This document shows positions 40,255 to 48,582 of a DNA stretch of 64,000 nt, in pieces. Every line of letters begins with the position of its first letter. Within the stretch, counting starts at the first letter, position 1. The position numbers and the translations under genes were made by a program. This DNA is from Candidatus Altimarinota bacterium. GTDB taxonomy: Bacteria > Patescibacteriota > Gracilibacteria > UBA1369 > GCA-2718715. The DNA lies in contig JBESAV010000001.1 in NCBI GenBank assembly GCA_041242255.1, forward strand, positions 256,001-320,000. Direction: 5' to 3'. The notes below the pieces were generated by a model. That model did no database searches, was not told the origin of the DNA, and saw nothing but the letters and a program-made list of their open reading frames with translations.

Positions 40255-40295
40255 AAACGCAACAAGGTTGCATTTATAAATAAAAATGCTACAAT
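40255..40295 (+). promoter_or_regulatory. Candidate Zur/Fur operator overlapping the operon promoter
   Basis: The inverted repeat AAACGCAAC-AAG-GTTGCATTT (40255-40275) covers the -35 TTGCAT. The extended -10 TGCTACAAT is at 40287-40295. Confidence 0.7.
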
Positions 40296-40316
40296 CTCCC
40301 CACGTAACTTACAAAT

Positions 40317-40703
40317 ATGAGAAAAACCAAACTTACAAACTATCTTATTGAAATACTCCAAAGTTCTAACCAACCATTATCAATTCCAGAAATACTAGAA
40401 AAACTAAAGACAGATCATGATCTAGTACCCAACAAAACTACTCTCTACCGTCAGTTTGAAAAACTAACCCAAGCAGGCGAGGTTGAAGAAATCCTACTTA
40501 CAAATAACGTAACCCATTACGAGCTCAAGCAGGATCATCACCATCATTTTATCTGTAATGAGTGCGACACAATTAAGTGCCTGAAGGACCAAAAGCTAGA
40601 ACAAGAGATTCACAAGCTAGAACATTCATTAGAAGAGCAAGGATTTCAGATCACACAACATCAGTTCTCTTTTTCTGGACAATGCAAAACCTGCCAATCG
40701 TAA
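40317..40703 (+). CDS. zur: Fur-family regulator, probably Zur
   Basis: TTLYR, HHHHFICNEC and GQCKTC motifs; first gene of the zinc ABC operon. Confidence 0.8.
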   Translation: MRKTKLTNYLIEILQSSNQPLSIPEILEKLKTDHDLVPNKTTLYRQFEKLTQAGEVEEILLTNNVTHYELKQDHHHHFICNECDTIKCLKDQKLEQEIHKLEHSLEEQGFQITQHQFSFSGQCKTCQS

Positions 40704-40730
40704 AAATCAAACGTTTTAACCCAAATAAAC

Positions 40731-41771
40731 ATGAAAAAAACATTAATCATTATCTCAACCCTCCTATTACTATCAGGGTGTCAAGTAACAACCTCAACTG
40801 AAACTGAAACAGAAACTCAACAAAGCAAGTCTCAAAATATAGTCACTTCATTTTACCCACTCCAATTTATAGCAGAATCAATTGTAGGGGATCTAATGGA
40901 AGTAAGTAATGTCACCCAAGGTAAAGACCCTCATTCTTACAGCCTAACCCCTCAAGATATACAATCTTTACAAGATGCTGACTTATTTGTATTTCAAGGT
41001 GCCGGGTTAGAAAGTTGGGCCGAGAACATTGCTGAAAACCGTACTAAGCCCTCATTTGAGGTAGCTGAAAAGATTGAACTTTTAGCAACTGAAGACTCTC
41101 ATGATAGTCATAGTGACCACGAACAAGATCACCACTCTGATGAAGAAGATGATGGTCATGAAGACGACCACCATGACGAAGATCATCATTCAGATGAGGA
41201 CAGTCACACAGAAGAACATGACGAGCACGAAGATGAACATGGGCACAACCATGGAGAATTCGATCCTCACACCTGGTTAGATCCGATTCTTCTTCTTGAA
41301 AGTGCAGAGGAATTAACACAAGAAATTATAGCAATAGACCCAGCCAATCAAGAAATTTACGAGGCAAATCTTACAAATCTTTCTGAAAACTTATCACAAC
41401 TTGATAACTCATATTCAGTAGGACTTTCAGCTTGCTCAAACAAAGTAGCTATCTCCTCGCATGATGCCTTTTCATATGCTGAAGTGCGTTACGGTTTCAA
41501 ACTTTTCCCAATCAGCGGTTTATCTCCTCAGGACGAGCCGTCTAGCCAAGATCTTGAAAAGCTAATTACAGAAGCATCTGAACAAAACATTACACATATC
41601 CTAGAAGAAGAGTACAATAACGCCAGTTTCGCAGAAACAATTCAAAGAGAAACAGGACTACAAGTTTTACAAATCAATCCACTTGGATCAACACCTCAAG
41701 CTGGAAAAAATTACATAGAAGTAATGCAAGAAAACTTAAGTAGTTTCCAAGAAGCATTTCAATGTCAGTAA
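40731..41771 (+). CDS. znuA: Zinc ABC transporter substrate-binding lipoprotein
   Basis: Lipobox LSGC, DPHSY, a long His/Asp/Glu loop, DPHTWLDP and HDAFSY. Confidence 0.92.
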   Translation: MKKTLIIISTLLLLSGCQVTTSTETETETQQSKSQNIVTSFYPLQFIAESIVGDLMEVSNVTQGKDPHSYSLTPQDIQSLQDADLFVFQGAGLESWAENIAENRTKPSFEVAEKIELLATEDSHDSHSDHEQDHHSDEEDDGHEDDHHDEDHHSDEDSHTEEHDEHEDEHGHNHGEFDPHTWLDPILLLESAEELTQEIIAIDPANQEIYEANLTNLSENLSQLDNSYSVGLSACSNKVAISSHDAFSYAEVRYGFKLFPISGLSPQDEPSSQDLEKLITEASEQNITHILEEEYNNASFAETIQRETGLQVLQINPLGSTPQAGKNYIEVMQENLSSFQEAFQCQ

Positions 41772-41780
41772 CAATAAAAA

Positions 41781-42509
41781 TTGAATACAATTCTAAAGTT
41801 TAATTCAGTCTCAGTAACAAAATCCAAAACTAATATCCTCCAAGATATTAGTTTTACCTTGAATCAAGGTGAATACGTAGGTTTAATAGGTCCAAATGGA
41901 GCCGGAAAAACTACACTCCTTAAAACAATTTTAAGGGTTCAAAAACCAACTTCAGGCCAAATCCAAGCTCCAAAAGCCTCAAAAATAGGTTATGTTCCAC
42001 AAAAAAACGTACACAATCTTTCCTCACCAATCTCTGTTCAAGAAGTGATCAGAACTGGCTTAAACCACTCTCATTTCTATATTTCTAAAAAAGACAAACT
42101 AGCTATCAAATCAGTTATTGAACGTGTTGGGCTTAGTACAGACTTCCTATCAAAGAATTTCCAAAAACTATCAGGTGGTCAACAACAAAGAGTATTAATA
42201 GCTAGGAGTTTGATTAACCAACCCGAGTTACTTTTGTTTGACGAGCCATTCAACGGGGTAGACCTTCCAACCCAAAATAAAATTTACACTCTTCTCAAGC
42301 AACTCAACCAAGAAGGAGTTACAATTATTTTCGTCTCACACGATATAAATACTATTACAGAAAAATGTAACCGTGTACTTTGCTTAGACCAAACTCTTCA
42401 TGAAGGTTGTCATCCAATATATCCAGAGTTTAAGTCGAAATGTGACCACAATCACACAAGAAGTTTTAATCAATCCCAACTGCCAATCCATCACCACAAC
42501 CACTCATGA
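41781..42509 (+). CDS. znuC: Zinc ABC transporter ATPase
   Basis: GPNGAGKTT, GYVPQ, LSGGQQQR and DEPF motifs; Cys/His-rich tail; TTG start. Confidence 0.9.
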   Translation: MNTILKFNSVSVTKSKTNILQDISFTLNQGEYVGLIGPNGAGKTTLLKTILRVQKPTSGQIQAPKASKIGYVPQKNVHNLSSPISVQEVIRTGLNHSHFYISKKDKLAIKSVIERVGLSTDFLSKNFQKLSGGQQQRVLIARSLINQPELLLFDEPFNGVDLPTQNKIYTLLKQLNQEGVTIIFVSHDINTITEKCNRVLCLDQTLHEGCHPIYPEFKSKCDHNHTRSFNQSQLPIHHHNHS

Positions 42510-43318
42510 TTGAATTTTTTACAAATCCTCTCCAGTACAATTTTTTCCAAATAGCCTTACTAGCTGGAGGATTGCTAGGTCTCATCGCTCCAATTCTTGG
42601 AAGTTTCATTGTTGTAGCAAGACAGTCAGTTATAAGTGATATGCTTTCCCACACAGCCTTAGCTGGAGTAGGTTTAGGAGTTTTATTAGGAACCGACCCT
42701 TCGATAACCTCACTCATCACAATTCTTATAAGTGGGTTTATTCTTTGGTTACTCCAAAAGCAAAACACCTCCCCTGAGTCAATCGCTATGGTCCTACTGA
42801 CCGGAGGACTAAGCTTAGCCATTCTTTTTATAAGCCTAGCTCCACAAACAAGCGTCAATCTAGAAAACTACCTTTTCGGTAATATCCTAACTCTAACTCA
42901 GTCTGAACTAGTCACAGTTCTTATAGTTCTATCACTGATTTTACTCACAACACTCCTGCAATGGAACAACCTCATCCGACTAGTCTACTCACCAGACTAT
43001 TACGAAAGTACTAGCTCCAAAAAACAAATGGTTGAGCTGTTATTTATACTAATGATTTCACTTTTAGTGGGAGTATCACTCAAAACAATAGGTGGTCTAC
43101 TAATTGGAGGTTTGTTTATCATCCCAGTTTTAGCAGCTCAGAACCTCTCTCAAAACTTCCGAAAAACAACCATCATCGCATCTTTCATTGGAGTTGTCTC
43201 AATAGTTACAGGTTTATTCAGTTCGTATCACCTAGATATTCCAACATCCAGCAGTATAATCCTTACCGCAATCATAATTTATATCTCAACAACTTTTTTA
43301 AGTTTTAAATCAAACTAA
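42506..43318 (+). CDS. znuB: Zinc ABC transporter permease
   Basis: SDMLSHTALAGV and YLFGNIL motifs; polytopic. Confidence 0.9.
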   Translation: MIEFFTNPLQYNFFQIALLAGGLLGLIAPILGSFIVVARQSVISDMLSHTALAGVGLGVLLGTDPSITSLITILISGFILWLLQKQNTSPESIAMVLLTGGLSLAILFISLAPQTSVNLENYLFGNILTLTQSELVTVLIVLSLILLTTLLQWNNLIRLVYSPDYYESTSSKKQMVELLFILMISLLVGVSLKTIGGLLIGGLFIIPVLAAQNLSQNFRKTTIIASFIGVVSIVTGLFSSYHLDIPTSSSIILTAIIIYISTTFLSFKSN

Positions 43319-43657
43319 ATGTCACTTAAAGAGACTCAAAAGCAGGTCGACGACTGGATTAACTCTATCGGAGTCCGCTACTTTAATGAACTAACCAACC
43401 TAGGCCAATTAGTCGAAGAAGTAGGAGAATTATCAAGAATACTCATAAGAACCTACGGGGAGCAAAGTTTCAAAAAATCTGATCTAACCAAGGCCGATCT
43501 AGCCGATGAAATGGCCGATGTTCTGTTTGTATTAACCTGCCTAGCCAACCAAACAGGAGTTGATCTAGATCAAGCCTTCCAAAGAAATATGGCCAAGAAA
43601 ACCAATCGTGATAAAAATAGACATAAGCAAAATAAAAAACTCCAAAATGACAAATAA
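43319..43657 (+). CDS. MazG-like nucleotide pyrophosphohydrolase (YpjD type)
   Basis: EEVGE...DEMADVLFVLTCLAN motif. Confidence 0.9.
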   Translation: MSLKETQKQVDDWINSIGVRYFNELTNLGQLVEEVGELSRILIRTYGEQSFKKSDLTKADLADEMADVLFVLTCLANQTGVDLDQAFQRNMAKKTNRDKNRHKQNKKLQNDK

Positions 43658-44078
43658 GAAATATAAAGATGAAGTACCAAATTGTTTCTATCGGGTTAGT
43701 GTCAAAGCTCTTATATTAGACGACCAGAAAAGATTCCTTCTAACTCAAGAAACCAATGGAAAGTGGGAGCTCCCAGGTGGAGGACTTGATCACGGTGAAA
43801 ACCCACAAGATGGACTCAAAAGAGAAATTTATGAAGAGTCAGGCTTAGAAGCCTACGACATTGCTAAGCAACCTTCGTATCTCATCACAACTACACACGA
43901 TAGAACTGGAACGCACATCCTAAATGTCTTATATCAAGCAAAGTTAAAAGACCTAAATTTTACCCCATCAAGAGAGTGCGCTGCTCTAAAGTTTTTCACC
44001 AAAGAAGAAGCTCTCCAAGAAAACCTCTACAACAATGTAAAAGCTTTTCTCCAAGAATTTGATATCAACAAACATTAG
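43647..44078 (+). CDS. Nudix hydrolase
   Basis: Nudix box PGGGLDHGENPQDGLKREIYEESGL; ATG 43647 preferred. Confidence 0.9.
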   Translation: MTNKKYKDEVPNCFYRVSVKALILDDQKRFLLTQETNGKWELPGGGLDHGENPQDGLKREIYEESGLEAYDIAKQPSYLITTTHDRTGTHILNVLYQAKLKDLNFTPSRECAALKFFTKEEALQENLYNNVKAFLQEFDINKH

Positions 44079-44079
44079 T

Positions 44080-44475
44080 ATGAAAATTTACTTTGCTGGA
44101 TCAATACGAGGCGGAACTCAAGATAAAGATCTATATCTTGAAATTATCAAACAACTTCAAAATCACGGAGAAGTCCTCACCGAACACTTGTGGACCAAAG
44201 AATTCAAAGAGCTTACAGAGAAGGAGATTCATGACAGAGATATCGATTGGATTCTACATTCGGACATGCTCATAGCTGAAGTAACTACACCAAGTTTGGG
44301 TGTAGGTTATGAGTTAGGTAGGGCTTTAGAAAACGATGTTCCAGTGGTCACCCTATTTCGCCCTTCAGAAGGCAAAAAGCTATCAGCCATGATAGTCGGC
44401 GCTCCAAATTTTCAAAACTACACATATCAGACTTTACAAGAAGTAAAGTTAATTTTAGACAAAGTCTTCGGATAA
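44080..44475 (+). CDS. DNPH1/Rcl-like 2'-deoxynucleoside 5'-phosphate N-hydrolase (nucleoside deoxyribosyltransferase fold)
   Basis: MKIYFAGSIRGG, VLTEH, IHDRDIDW, AEVTTPSLGVGYELG and LSAMI motifs; ATG at 44080. Confidence 0.88.
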   Translation: MKIYFAGSIRGGTQDKDLYLEIIKQLQNHGEVLTEHLWTKEFKELTEKEIHDRDIDWILHSDMLIAEVTTPSLGVGYELGRALENDVPVVTLFRPSEGKKLSAMIVGAPNFQNYTYQTLQEVKLILDKVFG

Positions 44476-44529
44476 ATTTACTCCAAATTAAATATCATGC
44501 TAAGTTCACATTATATTTAATCAACTAAT

Positions 44530-45162
44530 ATGAAAAAACTTTTAATCCTAATCAGCTCAGTAGCTTTACTAGCCGGGTGCCAATCCCAACCAGCTCCACC
44601 AGTAACGAGTGATATGGACCAAGTTCCACCAATGACAACTACAACCGATGAGACAGATAGTGTGGAAACACAAGGGCAAAACAATCCAGTTATCGGAGGG
44701 TATTCAGATGAAGATGCAGAGTGGGAAACAGTTGAATCGGCTATACTTGCAGAATCTCCAAATGCAACTATCTCCTCATTTTACATGCCTGAAATTATGG
44801 GTAAAATCTACGCTTCAGCAGTAACCAACATAGAGTTTGATCAATTCTCTGAAACAGAGTTAAGTACTCTAACTGTTTATGAATACAATCTTGTAAGTCA
44901 AAATCTTTCTAAAATCTACGAGCAAGATCAAGAAGAATATATTAGTTTAGCCGGATCAGATGGAGTTAACCTTTTATTCAAAGGTGTTGTAAGCGTTGAT
45001 TATTCTCCAGGTTTATGTGCTCAGATCTGGAACAGTACAACAGCCTCTTACTACAAACTTAACTTAGAAGATCCATCCAAGTTAGAGGACTACCAAGTAG
45101 GACAAACACTCATTGAAAGAGCCAATAAAATGCAAGCAGACTGTAAAGCTTCAGCACGATAG
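44530..45162 (+). CDS. Hypothetical lipoprotein
   Basis: MKK, hydrophobic stretch and LAGC lipobox; two C-terminal Cys. Confidence 0.75.
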   Translation: MKKLLILISSVALLAGCQSQPAPPVTSDMDQVPPMTTTTDETDSVETQGQNNPVIGGYSDEDAEWETVESAILAESPNATISSFYMPEIMGKIYASAVTNIEFDQFSETELSTLTVYEYNLVSQNLSKIYEQDQEEYISLAGSDGVNLLFKGVVSVDYSPGLCAQIWNSTTASYYKLNLEDPSKLEDYQVGQTLIERANKMQADCKASAR

Positions 45163-45183
45163 TTTTTACAACAATAAGTCATT

Positions 45184-45212
45184 AAGGCAGTAAGGCAACT
45201 TGCTGTCTTTTT
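45184..45212 (+). terminator. Intrinsic terminator
   Basis: AAGGCAGTAAG-GCAA-CTTGCTGTCTT plus T-run (GNRA loop, G-U pairs). Confidence 0.75.
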
Positions 45213-45257
45213 AAAAATCTTCCAAAATGTTATAATTAAGTGAAATAAACTCACAAA

Positions 45258-46742
45258 ATGTCACATAAGAAAGCACTCTTAATCATCTTAGACGGTTGGG
45301 GACACGCCCCAGATCCGACAGTTTCTGCCATCGATCAAGCGGACACACCTTTTATTGATTCCTTATATGACAATTATCCGCACACCTTTATCCACGCAGA
45401 TGGAGAGCATGTAGGTCTACCAAAAGGCCAAATGGGTAACAGTGAAGTCGGACACATGACCATTGGTGCTGGAAGAGTAATCGATCAAGATTTAGTTAAA
45501 ATTTCTAAATCAATCCAAAACCAAACTCTCCAAGATCAACCAGCTCTCAAAGATGCAATCCAATATGCCAAAGAAAATAATAAAAATATCCACATTTTAG
45601 GCCTTCTCAGCGACGGAGGTATCCATTCCCACATAAGTCACCTTGAAGGATTGCTAGACGTCTTAGAGGCCCAAAAAACACCTCCTGTTTTCATCCACGC
45701 TTTCACAGACGGTCGCGATACTGATCCAAAGTCTAGTCCTGCTTTCATAAAGCAGATTCAGACCCATATCCAAGGGACCAATGCTCGTCTAGCTTCTATC
45801 ATCGGAAGGTACTTCGCCATGGACCGAGACCAAAGATGGCCTCGCATCAAGCAAGCCTACGATCTTTTAACTCAAGGGAGAGGAGAGCAAACCTACAATC
45901 CAATCCAAACCATCCAGCAAAGACATCAAGACGGACAAACTGACGAGTTCTTAGAACCAATCTCGGTTCTAGATCCAGAAACAAAAACCCAACCAACTAT
46001 CCAAGAAGGAGACGTCGTAATCTTCTTTAACTACCGAACCGACAGAGGTCGCCAACTTACCCAAGTACTTACACAAGAACAAAAAGAAGATATGAAGCCT
46101 CTAGATCTTCACTATCTAACCATGACAGTTTACGACCCAGACTTCAAAAACGTTCAGCCTATCTTCACCAAAGACAACATCCAAGACACTCTCGGCGAAA
46201 AAATATCTAAAGCTGGACTCAAGCAGGTCCGCATTGCCGAAACCGAAAAAGCCCCACACGTAACCTTCTTTTTCAATGGAGGACACGAACAACCATTCCC
46301 AGGTGAAACCCGCAAAATCTGCCAATCTCCAAAAGTAGCCACCTACGACCTTCAGCCAGAAATGAGCGCTGACTGCGTCACCGAAACCACCATCAGGACA
46401 ATCCAAGAAGAATCCCCAGAATTCATCCTCGTAAACTACGCCAATGCCGACATGGTCGGCCACACTGGAAGCATGGAAGCCGCCATCCAAGCCTGCCAAG
46501 CCATCGATCAAGATCTAAAAGAGGTTGTAGCAGAAGCCCAAAAAGCCGGCTACTCAATCATCATCACAGCCGACCACGGAAACTGCGACAAGATGAAAAA
46601 CGAAGACGGAACCATAAACACCGCCCACACCACCAACCTTGTCCCACTTATCTGCATCTCAGATACAGAGCAAGATCTTGAAAAGGTCAAAGATTTATCG
46701 ATGATAAAGTCTTTAATTATTAAAATTATTGATATAATATGA
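45258..46742 (+). CDS. gpmI: 2,3-bisphosphoglycerate-independent phosphoglycerate mutase
   Basis: ILDGWG, GQMGNSEVGH, DGRD, AETEK, DMVGHTG, TADHGN and AHT motifs; the C-terminus looks short and atypical. Confidence 0.95.
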   Translation: MSHKKALLIILDGWGHAPDPTVSAIDQADTPFIDSLYDNYPHTFIHADGEHVGLPKGQMGNSEVGHMTIGAGRVIDQDLVKISKSIQNQTLQDQPALKDAIQYAKENNKNIHILGLLSDGGIHSHISHLEGLLDVLEAQKTPPVFIHAFTDGRDTDPKSSPAFIKQIQTHIQGTNARLASIIGRYFAMDRDQRWPRIKQAYDLLTQGRGEQTYNPIQTIQQRHQDGQTDEFLEPISVLDPETKTQPTIQEGDVVIFFNYRTDRGRQLTQVLTQEQKEDMKPLDLHYLTMTVYDPDFKNVQPIFTKDNIQDTLGEKISKAGLKQVRIAETEKAPHVTFFFNGGHEQPFPGETRKICQSPKVATYDLQPEMSADCVTETTIRTIQEESPEFILVNYANADMVGHTGSMEAAIQACQAIDQDLKEVVAEAQKAGYSIIITADHGNCDKMKNEDGTINTAHTTNLVPLICISDTEQDLEKVKDLSMIKSLIIKIIDII

Positions 46743-46762
46743 GCTAAATCATAATATAGAGT

Positions 46763-47467
46763 TTGTTTTCAGTAGAAAGTACGTTAGAAGATCTCAAAAA
46801 CATGTTTGCTGGAAGAGTCAAAAGTGTATTTTGGGTTTCTTTCTTAATATCGTGGGTGATAGCTAATTGGAGCGCTGTCTACACCACTATTTTTGTTGAA
46901 CAAGCATTAATATTAGAGCTCAGAAAAATGACAAAGGTAGAGTATATAATTAGTTTCTACCCGACTTATTTAGAAAGAGCTATTTATTTAGGAATTGCTC
47001 CGCTGTTAGGTAGCTTTATATGTGTTTATTTTGTACCAAAAGTAGATAGAGAATACTCAAACTGGCATAGCCAGAGCAAAAATAACAAAGAACTAGATCG
47101 TCTATCTGATGCTAAAAAGCATGAAGAAAAAAAGAAAGAAATCTTGTCTGGTATAGCGAAGGTTACAAAAGAAAGCAAAGAGATATCTTCAGAGTTAAAT
47201 GATGAAGAAAAATGGGATTTAGAATTTGAAAAAAATAAAGATTTTATTTTTTTTGAAGAAGCACTTACAAAACTTGGGCATAATTATTATTCAAAAAGAA
47301 GAATAAGGGGAGAGAACCCTTATGACATATTTAATCCTAAGGAATTACTTTTTTTAGACACTAATGAGTTAATAAAAATTTTTGAAAACGACCAAATGAG
47401 TCCTGGTCCTAATTATACTTATGAGATCACAAAGAAGGGAAAGTACTTTTTAATGAAAACATCTTAA
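46763..47467 (+). CDS. Hypothetical membrane protein (2 TM helices, charged coiled coil, possible C-terminal winged-helix-like end)
   Basis: SFLISWVIANW TM motif, K/E-rich helix and YEITKKGKYF end. AT-rich. The start (TTG 46763 or ATG 46802) is uncertain. Confidence 0.7.
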   Translation: MFSVESTLEDLKNMFAGRVKSVFWVSFLISWVIANWSAVYTTIFVEQALILELRKMTKVEYIISFYPTYLERAIYLGIAPLLGSFICVYFVPKVDREYSNWHSQSKNNKELDRLSDAKKHEEKKKEILSGIAKVTKESKEISSELNDEEKWDLEFEKNKDFIFFEEALTKLGHNYYSKRRIRGENPYDIFNPKELLFLDTNELIKIFENDQMSPGPNYTYEITKKGKYFLMKTS

Positions 47468-47473
47468 TTTAAC

Positions 47474-47565
47474 TGGCGGAAAGGGAGGGATTCGAACCCT
47501 CGAAACCACTTTCGTAGTTTAACTCCTTAGCAGGGAGCCCCGTTCGGCCACTCCGGCACCTTTCC
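47474..47565 (-). tRNA. tRNA-Ser(GCT)
   Basis: Reverse complement reads GGAAAGGTGCCGGAGTGG...CT-GCT-AA...long variable arm...GGTTCGAATCC...CCTTTCCGCCA, with CCA encoded. Confidence 0.96.
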
Positions 47566-47670
47566 GTTACGCCTCTAAGAGGTCTTGTTTAGCTTAGCTT
47601 ATAAAAGGAATATTTAAAACCTAAACCAATTCTATCTGAACTTACAATCTAAACTGCAAGTAAAGTAAAC

Positions 47671-47760
47671 TGGCGGAGAGACAGGGATTCGAACCCTGGA
47701 GACCATTGCTGGCCTGCTGGTTTTCAAGACCAGTGCATTCGACCACTCTGCCATCTCTCC
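47671..47760 (-). tRNA. tRNA-Ser(TGA)
   Basis: Reverse complement reads GGAGAGATGGCAGAGTGG...CTGGT-CT-TGA-AA-ACCAG...GGTTCGAATCC...TCTCTCCGCCA. Confidence 0.96.
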
Positions 47761-47889
47761 CTATTTGAATGTCCAATTTACGCTGACAAATATATACAAA
47801 CAGCCTCTCTTTGTCTATACATTCTTACATATTTTAACCATAACACCATTTTACAATTTTTAAACTTCTGTTAAACCAAAGTCTATTTA

Positions 47890-48582
47890 ATGTTCTTAGA
47901 TTTAACTTTTAAAGTCATGCCTCAATTTATCTACTCCTACAGCTCCACACTCTTACCACCATCTCTTCAAAAAGAGATAAACTCACTCAGTCCCACTAAA
48001 CTTCAAAGCATTTATGAAATACCCTCAAATCATAAGTGCTTTTTAATTTTATACACTGATTCATCACGAAACTTCTTCCAGGAAGAAATCAAACACATCA
48101 AAAAGCAAAACCCAAACTTAACAGTAGTTCTACTTATAGATTCGCCGCATAGAAAACTCTACCGAGATTATTTATCTGCTCAGGTAGATTACCCAATCCA
48201 TATTCATGAAAAGCATTCAAACTTCTTAACCAATTTCAAATTCATTTTATCAGAATCCAAAGAACAATATCCAATACTCAAATTAGGTGGATTAGAGCTA
48301 AATCCAAATACAAAGTCAGTCAGCCTAGACTCACAACCTATCAAACTTAGAAAAAAAGAATATGATCTACTAAAATACCTTCTCCAAAACCAGAATTCCT
48401 TAGTAACCAAAACTGAGCTTCTAGAAAAGGTATGGAATTACAGATACGACGTTTTCACAAAAACAGTTGATACTCACATCCATCATCTAAAAAAGAAGAT
48501 CAACAAACACCAAAACATACTATCCACAATCTACGGAGAAGGGTACAGACTTAGTTCAAGTTCACTCCTGGAGACCACGTAA
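47890..48582 (+). CDS. OmpR/PhoB-family winged-helix regulator with a degenerate receiver domain
   Basis: C-terminal LRKKEYDLL...ELLEKVW...TVDTHIHHLKKKI...TIYGEGY. The N-terminal domain lacks a clear acidic pocket and the KP motif. Confidence 0.8.
   Translation: MFLDLTFKVMPQFIYSYSSTLLPPSLQKEINSLSPTKLQSIYEIPSNHKCFLILYTDSSRNFFQEEIKHIKKQNPNLTVVLLIDSPHRKLYRDYLSAQVDYPIHIHEKHSNFLTNFKFILSESKEQYPILKLGGLELNPNTKSVSLDSQPIKLRKKEYDLLKYLLQNQNSLVTKTELLEKVWNYRYDVFTKTVDTHIHHLKKKINKHQNILSTIYGEGYRLSSSSLLETT

Noticed and set aside
46685-47760. Intact prophage, integrative element or integron at the tRNA-Ser genes
   Set aside because: No integrase, no duplicated tRNA 3' end and no convincing attC
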